The translations under genes and the position numbers were made by a program. A stretch of DNA of 64,000 bases from Dehalococcoidia bacterium. GTDB lineage: Bacteria; Chloroflexota; Dehalococcoidia; Bin125. The stretch covers positions 235 through 64,234 of the forward strand of contig JAJDZG010000129.1 in the NCBI GenBank assembly GCA_022824765.1. Direction: 5' to 3'. Below the pieces are notes generated by a model. That model saw nothing but the letters and a program-made list of their open reading frames with translations. It did no database searches and had not been told where the DNA came from. Below are positions 1 through 9,495 of the stretch, piece after piece (position 1 is the stretch's first letter; every line of letters begins with the position of its first letter).

Positions 1-37
1 GGTCGAACTCACATCCAAGTCGACGCAGCTTTTCGAG

Positions 38-289
38 TCAGCTCGCGATGCGACAAGCCGCGACCACAATCTCGCCCGCCTGACAAATCTCCTCCGGTAG
101 TGGCTTTCCTCGTTCCTTGTAAGAGTCAATGAAGGCCTCCGCGACGCTCTCCAAGATCCAGAGCGCATCCTCAGGCGTGTCGCCCCACGCCCGACACCCA
201 GGTAGCGCTGGCACTTCCGCCAGATACTTGTCCTCGGTGTCGTAAGACGGCGGTCGCATCGTGTACGCCAACCGATACTGCTTCGCCAT
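38..289 (-). CDS. HicB-family antitoxin (type II TA, UPF0150-like). The internal ATG start is preferred over the longest ORF.
   Basis: Translation YRLAYTMRPPSYDTEDKYLAEVPALPGCRAWGDTPEDALWILESVAEAFIDSYKERGKPLPEE is typical of HicB (the ...VPDLPGC...GDTxEEAL... pattern). GGAGG lies 7 nt upstream of the ATG at 289. The ORF-track start at 358 has no RBS. A partner hicA could lie beyond the window edge. Confidence 0.6.
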   Translation of the reverse strand: MAKQYRLAYTMRPPSYDTEDKYLAEVPALPGCRAWGDTPEDALWILESVAEAFIDSYKERGKPLPEEICQAGEIVVAACRIAS

Positions 290-389
290 GTCAGCCTCCG
301 AGCCCATCTCCGCTTGACCCCTACGATACCCTCCAACCGACACCACTTCTGCACCCATTCACTACGGAACCTCGCGGAAAGAACACACC

Positions 390-1331
390 ATGCGACTGAC
401 CTTCGGCGCCCAGATACCAGGCAACTCGACCGACTTCTCCCTGATGCGCGATGTCGCGCAGACGATGGACGCCACCCGCTGGGCGTCGGCCTGGACCTAC
501 GACCATTTCGTCCCGCCGCTCGTCTTCATGGACGAGACGCAGGACTCGCTCGAAGGCTGGATGTCGCTCGCCGCGCTCGGCGAGGCGACCTCCACATTGC
601 AACTCGGCACGCTGGTCTCCGGCGTCACCTACCGCAATCCCGGCTTGTTGGCCAAGATGACCGCAACGCTCGACCACAACACCGGCGGCCGCGCGATCCT
701 CGGACTCGGCGCCGCTTGGCACGAGCGCGAGCACGCCGCCTACGGTTGGGACTTCCCAGCCCTCAAGGAACGCTCTGACCGACTCGAAGAGGCGACGATG
801 CTGATCCGCTCCCTCTTCCACGCCGACGGTCCCGTGCACATCGAGGGCGAGTTCTACCGCACCGACAACGCACCCTTTGCCCCGCGTGTCCATCCCGACA
901 ACCCGCGCGGATTCATCCCGATCATGATCGGCGGCAACGGCGAGCGTCGCACGCTGCGCACCCTGGCCCGCTACGGCGACATCTGCAACGTGCGCGGCAC
1001 CCCTGAGGAGGTCGCTCACAAGCTCGACGTCATCCGCGTCCACTGCGAGAACGCCGGCCGCGACTTCTCGGAGATCACACTGACCACCGTCATGCGACCC
1101 GCGCTCGTCACCGAGCAACCGAAGATTGACCGCCTACGCCAGATCCACGGCGAAGGTATGTCGGACGAGCAACGCGAACGCCTGCCGATCGGTCCTGCAG
1201 AACACCTCATCTCGCTCTTCGCGGAGTACGAGGCGATCGGCATCGAGGGCTTCGTCTTCGAGTCGATCCCCAACAACCCGCGACTCTACGAGCAGTTCGA
1301 CGATCTGGTCCTGAGCGCCTTCGACGACTAA
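390..1331 (+). CDS. LLM class F420-dependent / luciferase-like flavin oxidoreductase
   Basis: 313 aa with luciferase-like monooxygenase features (WTYDHFVPP, GLGAAWHEREH, IGGNGERRTLRTLARYGD). GGAAAGAA RBS before the ATG. Confidence 0.85.
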   Translation: MRLTFGAQIPGNSTDFSLMRDVAQTMDATRWASAWTYDHFVPPLVFMDETQDSLEGWMSLAALGEATSTLQLGTLVSGVTYRNPGLLAKMTATLDHNTGGRAILGLGAAWHEREHAAYGWDFPALKERSDRLEEATMLIRSLFHADGPVHIEGEFYRTDNAPFAPRVHPDNPRGFIPIMIGGNGERRTLRTLARYGDICNVRGTPEEVAHKLDVIRVHCENAGRDFSEITLTTVMRPALVTEQPKIDRLRQIHGEGMSDEQRERLPIGPAEHLISLFAEYEAIGIEGFVFESIPNNPRLYEQFDDLVLSAFDD

Positions 1332-1440
1332 CGCCGCGCGGATGGTCCGCGTCTGCGGCGCCGCGCCGCACGTTTCGATTTACTATGGCACTCAGAAGAT
1401 TCTGCTCCGCAAGGAGCATTCGGCGTGAGCGAGGCTGGCG

Positions 1441-3993
1441 ATGACCATCATTCGAACGTTGGCAATCGGGCTGTTGCTCGCACTGGCAGTCGGTCTGCTC
1501 AGTGCATGCAGCGACGACGAACCCGGGCAAGTGCAGACCGCCGATCAGCAGCAGGCTGATCAGCAGCAAGAACAGGCTGCCGCGACGCAGCAGGACGCTC
1601 AGCAACAGCAACAGCAATCGGCAGCGGCGGACGCGGCAGGACCCCTGAAGATCGCCTTCCTCGCCGACTTCTCCGGCGGACTCTCCGAGTACGGAGTCGC
1701 CATGCAGCGCGGCTTCGATCTCGCCATCAGCCAGGTCAACGCCGCCGGCGGCGTCTGGGGACAGCCGGTCGAGGTCGTCCTCGGCGACACGGGCCTTGAT
1801 CCGACCCGCGCCACCGAGGAAGCGCGACGCCTGATCGAAGTCGAGGGCGTCCACGCCATCGTCGGACCACTCGCCTCTTCGATCACCCTGGCCGTGGTCG
1901 AGTCCGTCGCCGCCGACGCCGGCGTGCTCGTCGTCTCGCCCTCCGCGACCTCCCCGCAGCTGACCATCGCCGACGACAACGACTTCCTCTTCCGCAGCTC
2001 GCCCTCCGACGCCGCACAGGGGCCGATCCTGGCCCAGCTCGCGGCCGATCAGGGCCACGCCCGCGTGGGCGTGCTCTATCGCAACGACGCCTGGGGACAG
2101 GGCCTGGCCGACGCCTTTGGTGACACCTGGGGCGGCGACGCGAACTTCGTCGCCATCGAAGTCGGGCGCGCCTCCTACGTCGCCGAACTGCAGCAGGCCG
2201 CCCAGGGCGGCGCCGACGCCCTCGTCGCGATCGCCTTCCCGCCCGAGTCCGAAGTGTTCATCCGTGAAGCCCTGGAGCAGGGCATCTTCGACCACTTCAT
2301 CTTCACCGACGGCAACAAGAGCCAGGACCTGATCGACGCCATCGGCGGTGACTACCTGAACGGCATGCAGGGGACCGCGCCAGTCGCCGGGCCCGAGACC
2401 GAGGCGCTGCGCAACTACCGCGCCGACTTCGCCGCCGAGATCGGCGACGGCGCCGACGAGCCGTTCGTCGCCCAGACCTACGACGCCGCCGTCGTCATCG
2501 CGCTCGCCGCCGAACACGCCGGCAGCGACGACCGATCCACGATCCGCGACAGCCTGCGCGCCGTCGCCGGACCACCCGGCGACGCATTCGCCGCCGGCGC
2601 CGACGGCATCGCCGCAGCGCTGGCAGCCATTCGCGCCGGCGACGACGTCGACTTCGCCGGCGCCTCCACATCTGTCGACTTCGACGCCGCCGGCGACATC
2701 ACCACCGGGTTCATCGGCGTCTGGCAATACGCCGAGGGCACCATCGAAGAGGTCGGCGTGACCGCCTTCGACCTCAGCGACGGGCCAGCATTGATCATGC
2801 CCGCGCCCTCCGATGCCCAGGACGATGACCAGGCGGCGGTGATGTCCGACGAGCCCCTGAAGATCGGCTTCCTCGCCGACTACTCCGGCGCGATCGCCGA
2901 GTTCGGCCCAGCCATCCAGACCGGCGTCGATCTGGCAATCTCCCAACTCAACGCCGCCGGCGGCATCCTCGGCCACGACGTGGAGCTCGTCATCGGCGAT
3001 ACCGGTCTCGACGCCACGCAGGCAGTCGAAGAAGCCCGCCGACTGATCGAGGTCGAGGGTGTCCACGCGATCGTTGGCCCGCTCGCCTCGTCGATCACCC
3101 TCTCCGTCGTGGAGTCGGTCGCCGCCGACGCTGGAGTCGTCGTGATCTCGCCCTCGGCGACCTCGCCGCAAATCAGCATCGCCGACGACAACGACTTCCT
3201 CTTCCGCAGCACCACGTCGGACGCCGCACAAGGCCCCGTACTCGCCCAGCTCGCCCTGGACGAGGGATTCTCCAGCGTCGGCGTGCTTTACCTCAACGAC
3301 GCCTACGGTCAGGGCTTGGCTGACGCCTTTGAGCTGGCCTATCGCGGAGACATCGCCCTCGTCGCAATCGAGGACGGGCAAACGTCCTACATCGCCGAAC
3401 TCGAGCGGTCGGCCCAGTTTGACGCGCAAGCCCTCGTCGCCATCGCCTTCCCCGCACAAGCGATGGTCTTCATCCGCGAGGCGCTCGAGCAAGGCATCTA
3501 CGACCAGTTCCTCTTCGTCGACGGCACCAAGAGCCAGGACCTCATCGACGCCATCGGCGGTCAGTACCTGGACGGCATGAGCGGCACCGCGCCCTCGCCA
3601 GGACCGGGATCCGATTCGCTCGCCGCCTACCAAGCCGCATACGAGGAAGAGTACGGCGAACTGTCACCGCTGCCGTTCATCGCCGAGGCCTATGACGCGA
3701 CCATCGCCATCGGTCTCGCCGCACAGGCCGCAGGCTCCGTCGAGTCCGCAGCGATCCGCGATCAACTGCGCAACGTCGCCGGTCCGCCGGGAGCGATCAT
3801 CAGCGCGTCGACCCAGATCGCCGACGCCCTCAACCTGATCCTCCTCGGCGAGGACATCAACTACGAAGGCGCCGCCACCACGCTCGACTGGAACGAGCAC
3901 GGCGATGTCACCACCGGGTTCATCGGCATCTGGCAGTTCGAGGACGGCACCATCGTTGAGGTCGGCGAAACGTCGTTCGACCTCGGCCAGTAA
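1441..3993 (+). CDS. ABC transporter substrate-binding lipoprotein, LivJ/LivK type (PBP type I). Internally duplicated, with two complete binding domains in one polypeptide.
   Basis: Signal peptide plus lipobox (LLSAC). A Gln-rich linker follows, then two about-390-aa repeats that each start PLKI[AG]FLAD[FY]SG. The segment EEARRLIEVEGVHAIVGPLASSITL[AS]VVESVAADAGV is near-identical between repeats. Both repeats end ...GFIG[VI]WQ[YF]. Confidence 0.85.
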   Translation: MTIIRTLAIGLLLALAVGLLSACSDDEPGQVQTADQQQADQQQEQAAATQQDAQQQQQQSAAADAAGPLKIAFLADFSGGLSEYGVAMQRGFDLAISQVNAAGGVWGQPVEVVLGDTGLDPTRATEEARRLIEVEGVHAIVGPLASSITLAVVESVAADAGVLVVSPSATSPQLTIADDNDFLFRSSPSDAAQGPILAQLAADQGHARVGVLYRNDAWGQGLADAFGDTWGGDANFVAIEVGRASYVAELQQAAQGGADALVAIAFPPESEVFIREALEQGIFDHFIFTDGNKSQDLIDAIGGDYLNGMQGTAPVAGPETEALRNYRADFAAEIGDGADEPFVAQTYDAAVVIALAAEHAGSDDRSTIRDSLRAVAGPPGDAFAAGADGIAAALAAIRAGDDVDFAGASTSVDFDAAGDITTGFIGVWQYAEGTIEEVGVTAFDLSDGPALIMPAPSDAQDDDQAAVMSDEPLKIGFLADYSGAIAEFGPAIQTGVDLAISQLNAAGGILGHDVELVIGDTGLDATQAVEEARRLIEVEGVHAIVGPLASSITLSVVESVAADAGVVVISPSATSPQISIADDNDFLFRSTTSDAAQGPVLAQLALDEGFSSVGVLYLNDAYGQGLADAFELAYRGDIALVAIEDGQTSYIAELERSAQFDAQALVAIAFPAQAMVFIREALEQGIYDQFLFVDGTKSQDLIDAIGGQYLDGMSGTAPSPGPGSDSLAAYQAAYEEEYGELSPLPFIAEAYDATIAIGLAAQAAGSVESAAIRDQLRNVAGPPGAIISASTQIADALNLILLGEDINYEGAATTLDWNEHGDVTTGFIGIWQFEDGTIVEVGETSFDLGQ

Positions 3994-4004
3994 CCCAACC
4001 AGCA

Positions 4005-4050
4005 CGACCCGGCGGGCAGTGACTGTGCGCTGTCCGCCGGGCACTGCCTG
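4005..4050. terminator. GC-rich stem-loop downstream of the first SBP gene; possible intrinsic terminator or attenuator
   Basis: CCCGGCGG...CCGCCGGG and the overlapping GGCAGTG...CACTGCC inverted repeats lie immediately after the stop at 3993. No T-tract, as expected in a high-GC genome. Confidence 0.35.
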
Positions 4051-4077
4051 CTCATCCCTCATGCCCAGCAACGGAGA

Positions 4078-5391
4078 GTGTGTTCCGTGATCATCCCGCG
4101 TGCGTGCTCCGTGCTCACCGTGCTCGCAGCGGCAGCGGTCGTCCTCATCGCCGCCTGCGGCGGCGATGATGCCGGCCAACAGACCGGCAATCCACCGCCG
4201 CAGCAATCGGCAGCCGAGACGGCAGCGCCAGCCGTTCAGCCGACCGAACCGCTCAAGCTCGGCTTCCTGCTCGACTTCAGCGGCCCCCTGGCCGACTACG
4301 GAGCCGAGCTGCAGCGCGGCTTCGACCTCGCCATCCAGCACATCAACGACGCCGGCGGCGTCTGGGGCATGCCCGTCCAGACCGCCGTCGGCGACACCAT
4401 GGTCGACCCCACGATTGCCGTTGAGGAAGCACGACGGCTGGTCGAAATCGAGGAAGTGCACGCCCTCGTCGGGCCGATGACCAGCGGCACGGCTCTGGCC
4501 GTCGCTGAGTCAGTCACCGGACCAGCCGGCATTCCAACCATCTCGCCCGTCGCCACGTCCGCGCAGATCACGGTGGCCGAAGACGACGACTTCCTCTTCC
4601 GCGTCTCCCTCGCCGATCACGTCGAGGGCCGCTACCTCGCCCAACTGGCGGCGCAACAGGGCTTCGACAACGTCGGGCTGCTCTACCGCGACGACGCCTT
4701 TGGGCAAGGCATGGCCGACTCCTTCGAGCAGCACTGGTCTGGCACCTTGCGCTCGATCGGCGTCAGCCCCGGCGCAACCAGCTTCACCGCCGAGCTGGAA
4801 CAGTCGATTGAGGCGGACGCAGAGGCGCTCGTGCTGATCGCCTTCCCGCCCGAGACGATCCTGATCCTGCGCGAGGCGCTCGAGCTCGGATACTACGACC
4901 AGTTCGTCTTCGGCGCGCCAGCCCGCTCGACTGCCATTCCGCAGTCAATCGGCGGCGATCTGGTCGCTGGCATGCGCGGCACCTACGTCGCCTCAGCACC
5001 TGAGAACGACTCATCGCGAGCCTGGGACGACGCGTTCCTCGCTGAGTACGGCGACGCGCCAAGCCTGCCCTACGTCAAGGAAGCCTACGACGCCACCATC
5101 GCCCTGGCGCTCGCCGCGCAAGCCGCCGGATCGACCGACGGCGCGGCCATCCGCGACCAGCTGCGCCGCATCGGCTCCGCGCCCGGCCTGATTGTGATCC
5201 CGACGCCCGACAGCCTCGCCGCCGGCCTGGCCGAGCTCGCGCGGGGCGGCGACGTCGACTACGAAGGCGCAGCCGTCAGCGCGGACTGGGACGAGAACGG
5301 TGACAGCACTCACGGCTACATCGGCATCTGGGAGTTCAACTCCGACAACACCATCTCCGACGTTGAGGTCATCGAGTACTCGAAGGAGTAG
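4078..5391 (+). CDS. ABC transporter substrate-binding lipoprotein, LivJ/LivK type, single domain
   Basis: 437 aa with lipoprotein signal (VLIAACGG) and the same PLKLGFLLDFSGPLADYG...VGDT...EEARRLVEIEEVHALVGP architecture. The start is GTG at 4078; an alternative GTG at 4087 has better spacing from GGAG. Confidence 0.8.
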   Translation: MCSVIIPRACSVLTVLAAAAVVLIAACGGDDAGQQTGNPPPQQSAAETAAPAVQPTEPLKLGFLLDFSGPLADYGAELQRGFDLAIQHINDAGGVWGMPVQTAVGDTMVDPTIAVEEARRLVEIEEVHALVGPMTSGTALAVAESVTGPAGIPTISPVATSAQITVAEDDDFLFRVSLADHVEGRYLAQLAAQQGFDNVGLLYRDDAFGQGMADSFEQHWSGTLRSIGVSPGATSFTAELEQSIEADAEALVLIAFPPETILILREALELGYYDQFVFGAPARSTAIPQSIGGDLVAGMRGTYVASAPENDSSRAWDDAFLAEYGDAPSLPYVKEAYDATIALALAAQAAGSTDGAAIRDQLRRIGSAPGLIVIPTPDSLAAGLAELARGGDVDYEGAAVSADWDENGDSTHGYIGIWEFNSDNTISDVEVIEYSKE

Positions 5392-5402
5392 AAGGAGTAA
5401 CC

Positions 5403-6716
5403 GTGCCGCACCGCTGGTTGATCCTGTTCGCGCTGGCTCTCGCGGCCTCTGTCATCACGCTCGCCGCGTGCAGCAGCGACGACCAGGCCGCACAAGCTCA
5501 ACAGACCCCGCAGACGCAGACTCAAACTGCTCAAGCGGCACAACAACGCGGCGACGAGATCGGGCCGCTCAAGATCGCGCTACTCGGCGACCTCAGCGGT
5601 GGACTGGCCGAAATCGGCGTCGAGATGCGCGACGGATTCCTGCTCGCCATCGACCACATCAATGCCGCCGGCGGCGTCTTCGGCCAGCCCGTCGAGTTTG
5701 TGATCGGCGACACCAACACCGATCCAACCATCGCCGTCGAAGAAGCACGCCGGATGATCGAGATCGAGGGCGCGCACGCCATCGTTGGCGCGCATTCCAG
5801 CACCAACTCGATCGCCGTCGCCGAGAGCATCACCGGCCCAGCCGGCATCCCGCAAATCTCGCCCGCGTCCTCTTCGCCCCAACTTGCCGTCGCCGCCGAC
5901 GATGACTTCCTCTTCCGCGCCACGCTCAACGACATCGTGCAGGGCCCGGCATTGGCCCAGCTGGTCGACGAGCAGGGATACCGCAACGTCGGCGTGCTCT
6001 ACCGCGACGACGCCTGGGGGCAGGGCATCGCCGAGACCTTCGAGGCCGCGTTCACCGAGACCTACGGCGGTCAGGTCCGCGCCGTCGCCGTCACTCCGCA
6101 GCAGGCCAGCTACCTCGCCGAAATCCAACAGTCGCTGGCCGACGATCCCGAGGCGATGGTCATGCTCGCCTACGTGCCAGAAGGGGCGATCATCCTGCGC
6201 GAGGCCATCGAGAACGGACTCTACGACCGCTTCGTGTTCGGGCCGACCAGCCGCAACTTCCAACTGATCGACGCGATCGGCGCCGAGTATCTCGCCGGGA
6301 TGCCCGGCACCGCACCAGGCACAGCGCCCGGCACCGAGTCGGCGCTGCTCTGGGAGGCCGCATTCCTCGCCAAGTACGAGCGCCCCTACGCCTTCCCCTA
6401 CACCAAGCAGGCCTACGACGCCGCGATCGCCATCGCGCTCGCCGCCGCAGCCGCACAATCGACCGACGGCCCGGCCATCCGAGACCAGCTGCGCCGAATC
6501 GGCGCCGCGCCCGGACAGCTGGTCGTCGCCGACATCGGCAGCATCCGTCAAGGACTCGAAGCTGCCCGCAATGGCGACGACATCGACTATGAGGGCGCCG
6601 CCCAATCGCTCGAATGGGACGAGAACGGCGACCTGGACCGCGGCTACGTCGGACTCTGGCGCTTCACGGACGATGGCGGCATTGAGGACACCGGCGTCAT
6701 CCCCTACGGCGATTGA
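5403..6716 (+). CDS. ABC transporter substrate-binding lipoprotein, LivJ/LivK type, single domain
   Basis: 437 aa with lipobox LAACSS and PLKIALLGDLSGGLAEIGVEMRDGF...EEARRMIEIEGAHAIVG. GAAGGAG lies 5 nt before the GTG start. Confidence 0.85.
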   Translation: MPHRWLILFALALAASVITLAACSSDDQAAQAQQTPQTQTQTAQAAQQRGDEIGPLKIALLGDLSGGLAEIGVEMRDGFLLAIDHINAAGGVFGQPVEFVIGDTNTDPTIAVEEARRMIEIEGAHAIVGAHSSTNSIAVAESITGPAGIPQISPASSSPQLAVAADDDFLFRATLNDIVQGPALAQLVDEQGYRNVGVLYRDDAWGQGIAETFEAAFTETYGGQVRAVAVTPQQASYLAEIQQSLADDPEAMVMLAYVPEGAIILREAIENGLYDRFVFGPTSRNFQLIDAIGAEYLAGMPGTAPGTAPGTESALLWEAAFLAKYERPYAFPYTKQAYDAAIAIALAAAAAQSTDGPAIRDQLRRIGAAPGQLVVADIGSIRQGLEAARNGDDIDYEGAAQSLEWDENGDLDRGYVGLWRFTDDGGIEDTGVIPYGD

Positions 6717-6735
6717 TCGGCGAGCTGAATAGCCG

Positions 6736-7809
6736 TCAGCGGCTGCGCGCTGCCCGCAGACGTCTCAGCCCTTTGTCCAGCCAACCTTCTGGCAACTCGC
6801 CGGCCGGCCCGCTCGTCACGAAGCGGCTGACACGATCCCGCTCGGCCAGCAACCCCTGCGGACGCCAGAGCAGGAAGACCACAATCAGCAGCCCGATCAG
6901 CAGCTGGCGAACCTGGAAGACGCGGCTGCCCAACCAGTCGGGCAGCGACTCCTGAATCAGCGGCGTCCCGAACCAGAAGAAGCCGACCACCACCGCGCCC
7001 AGCACCGCGCCGCGATGATTGCCGCTGCCGCCCACGATCAGCATCGTCCAGACAAAGAACGTGCCCAAGAGGTCGGAGAACGTGAGCGGCGAGATCGTCC
7101 CGCTGCGATGCGCATAGATCGCGCCGGCCAATCCCATCAGCATCGCCCCCAGCATGAACGCGCCCATCCGAAAGCGCACCGTGTTCTTGCCCGACGCCTT
7201 GGCCGTGTCCTCGTTGTCTCGAATCGCCCGCAGCGTCCGACCCCACGGCGACGCCGACGCTCGCGACACCAACCAGTAGACCGCCGCCAGCACGACCAGC
7301 GCGATCACCAACTCGACCCAGCGATACCCACCGCCTTGCACCTGATCCTCCAGCAACCCATCGATCCCATTCAGTCCGCGCGAGCGGTTGACCAAACCCT
7401 CGACCGAGTTGGCAATGCTGCGCAGGATCGCCGCCACGCCGATCGTCGCGATCGCCAGAAAGTCGTCGCGCAGCCGCAGCGTCGGAATGCCCAACAGGAT
7501 CGCCAGCACCGCTCCCGCAATCGCCGCGAACAACCAGCCCACCGGGATCGGCAAACCCCAGCCCGCCACGTAGGACTCCAACCCTTCGGGCGCGGGCAAG
7601 GTCAGCACCGCAGACACGTACGCGCCGACCATGAAGAACGCCGCCACGCCGAAGTTGAGAATGCCCACGCTCCATTGCACGTTCAGCGCCAGCGCGAGGA
7701 TTGCGAAGATCGACACCGTCGTCAGGAAACCCACCGTCCAGTTGACGGCGCCGTCGAACGTAACCAGCGTCACGATCAGCTGTTCCATCGGACTACCTGC
7801 TCTGTCCAA
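6736..7809 (-). CDS. livM: Branched-chain amino acid ABC transporter permease, LivM family
   Basis: Multi-TM protein carrying the LRAIRDNEDTAKASG motif characteristic of LivM. The likely true start is the ATG at 7788 (MEQLIV...), 5 nt after the livH stop. Confidence 0.85.
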   Translation of the reverse strand: MDRAGSPMEQLIVTLVTFDGAVNWTVGFLTTVSIFAILALALNVQWSVGILNFGVAAFFMVGAYVSAVLTLPAPEGLESYVAGWGLPIPVGWLFAAIAGAVLAILLGIPTLRLRDDFLAIATIGVAAILRSIANSVEGLVNRSRGLNGIDGLLEDQVQGGGYRWVELVIALVVLAAVYWLVSRASASPWGRTLRAIRDNEDTAKASGKNTVRFRMGAFMLGAMLMGLAGAIYAHRSGTISPLTFSDLLGTFFVWTMLIVGGSGNHRGAVLGAVVVGFFWFGTPLIQESLPDWLGSRVFQVRQLLIGLLIVVFLLWRPQGLLAERDRVSRFVTSGPAGELPEGWLDKGLRRLRAARSR

Positions 7810-8683
7810 ACATGCCGCGCGGACGCAGCAGCAGCACCGCGATCACGATCACAAACGGAATGCCCGGTTTGAGCCCGGTGCTGATCCACTGTGTGGACAC
7901 CTCTTGCGCAATACCGACGGTCAGCCCGCCGATCAGCGCCCCCCAGGGATTCCCAATCCCGCCCAGAATCATCGCCGCGAACAGCGGCAGCAGCAGTCGG
8001 AATCCCGCGTCGAAGCGTACCTCCGCCTGCAACCCCAGCATCACACCCGCCAGCGCGGCGAGCATCCCGCCCACGATCCACGTGCCCCTGCGGATCCGGT
8101 CCGTGTCAATGCCCGACGCTTCAGCCAGACCAGGATTATCCGATGTCGCGCGCATCGCCTTGCCGAATCTGGTGCGATACAGAAGCCAGTAGAGCAGAAT
8201 CGCCGCCAGCACTGTCACGCCGACGATGAAGAACTGATCAGGCTTGACCCGAATGCCGCCCAGGATCTCGACCGCCGGGTGAATGCCCGGCGTGTAGCGA
8301 AAGTTGGACGGTCCCCAGATCAGCTGGATCGCCGCGCGCAGCATGATCGACATGCCCAGCGACGCAATCGCGAAGATGAAGAAGCCGCCGCCCGCTACTC
8401 GCAACCGCCGATAAACCAGACGCTCCATGATCACCGACAGCGCCGCCACGCCGACCATCGCGACCAGCAGGCCGACGACCAGCCCCCAGCCAAATGACAG
8501 CGAACCGAAGCGTCCGCCGGCAAATCCAAGATTCGCCCCCTCCGACGACACCACGAAGAAGGCCAGGAACATCCCCCAGCCCATCTTGTCCCCGTGCGCG
8601 AAGTCGCCGATCCCGAGCACCCCGAAGATGAGCGTCAGACCCATCGCCCCCAGCGCGATGATCGAGCCGACGATGATCCCCAC
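7793..8683 (-). CDS. livH: Branched-chain amino acid ABC transporter permease, LivH family
   Basis: GIGDFAHGDKMGWGMFLAF and MRATSDNPGLAEASGID are typical LivH motifs. The gene sits between livF and livM. Confidence 0.85.
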   Translation of the reverse strand: MGIIVGSIIALGAMGLTLIFGVLGIGDFAHGDKMGWGMFLAFFVVSSEGANLGFAGGRFGSLSFGWGLVVGLLVAMVGVAALSVIMERLVYRRLRVAGGGFFIFAIASLGMSIMLRAAIQLIWGPSNFRYTPGIHPAVEILGGIRVKPDQFFIVGVTVLAAILLYWLLYRTRFGKAMRATSDNPGLAEASGIDTDRIRRGTWIVGGMLAALAGVMLGLQAEVRFDAGFRLLLPLFAAMILGGIGNPWGALIGGLTVGIAQEVSTQWISTGLKPGIPFVIVIAVLLLRPRGMFGQSR

Positions 8684-8703
8684 CGTGACCAGCTGCGCGA
8701 TGT

Positions 8704-9495
8704 CTATGACGGCATCCCTTCATCAATCGAAAAGCCCTCACCCTCGGCCTGACCCAGGAACGCTCGCCCCACCTCAGGACTGATCAACACCTCGGTCCCC
8801 GATCCGATCAGCGCCTGTTCGCCGTCGACCATCACCAGTCCGCGATCCGACCAGACCAGCGCCTCCGTCGCGTTCTGCTCAACCATCAGCACACCGACAC
8901 CCGAGAGGTGAATTCGATAGATGCGCGCCAGCAGCTCGCCGCGCGCCGCAGGCGAGAGCGCCGCCGTCGGCTCGTCCAGGCAGAGCAACACCGGATCGAG
9001 CATCAGCGCCCGCGCCATCGCCAGCATCTGACGCTGACCGCCCGAGAGCCGGCTCGCCCGCTCATTTGGCCGAAACTCCAAATCGGGAAACATCGCCAGC
9101 ACCTCGCCGATCCGGTCCTCCAGACCCTGCTCACGCATGTAGCCGCCCATCTCCAGGTTCTCGCGGATCGACATCGAGGCAAACACATTGTCGACCTGCG
9201 GCACGTAGCCAACGCCAGCCGCAATCATCCGCGGCGTCGACCAACCGCTCACGTCCCGACCCTGGAACGTGCGCTGGCCCCGTTCGAAGGGCAGCGCGCC
9301 CACAATCGCCTTGAGCAGCGTCGACTTGCCCGCCCCGTTCGGGCCGATGATCGTCAAGATCTCGTCCTGAAAGACATCCAACCCGATGTCGTGAATGATC
9401 TCAATCCCCTCGACGTAGCCCCCGCTGAACGACTCCACCTGCAACAGCGGCTGACGCCCTGCATGGTCGGCATGGTCGGCGGTGATCGCGGTCAT
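8704..9495 (-). CDS. livF: ABC transporter ATP-binding protein, LivF type
   Basis: Walker A GPNGAGKST, signature LSGGQRQM and Walker B LLCLDEP. Overlaps the livG stop by 4 nt. Confidence 0.9.
   Translation of the reverse strand: MTAITADHADHAGRQPLLQVESFSGGYVEGIEIIHDIGLDVFQDEILTIIGPNGAGKSTLLKAIVGALPFERGQRTFQGRDVSGWSTPRMIAAGVGYVPQVDNVFASMSIRENLEMGGYMREQGLEDRIGEVLAMFPDLEFRPNERASRLSGGQRQMLAMARALMLDPVLLCLDEPTAALSPAARGELLARIYRIHLSGVGVLMVEQNATEALVWSDRGLVMVDGEQALIGSGTEVLISPEVGRAFLGQAEGEGFSIDEGMPS

Noticed and set aside
290-389. Possible sigma-70 promoter (TTGACC at 317)
   Set aside because: The candidate -10 (TACGAT) lies only 4-5 nt after the -35-like hexamer, so the spacing is wrong. No confident promoter call.
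1207-3633. 808-aa ORF on the - strand
   Set aside because: Antisense to the well-supported SBP gene. Gly/Asp/Arg-rich low-complexity translation typical of a high-GC antisense frame.
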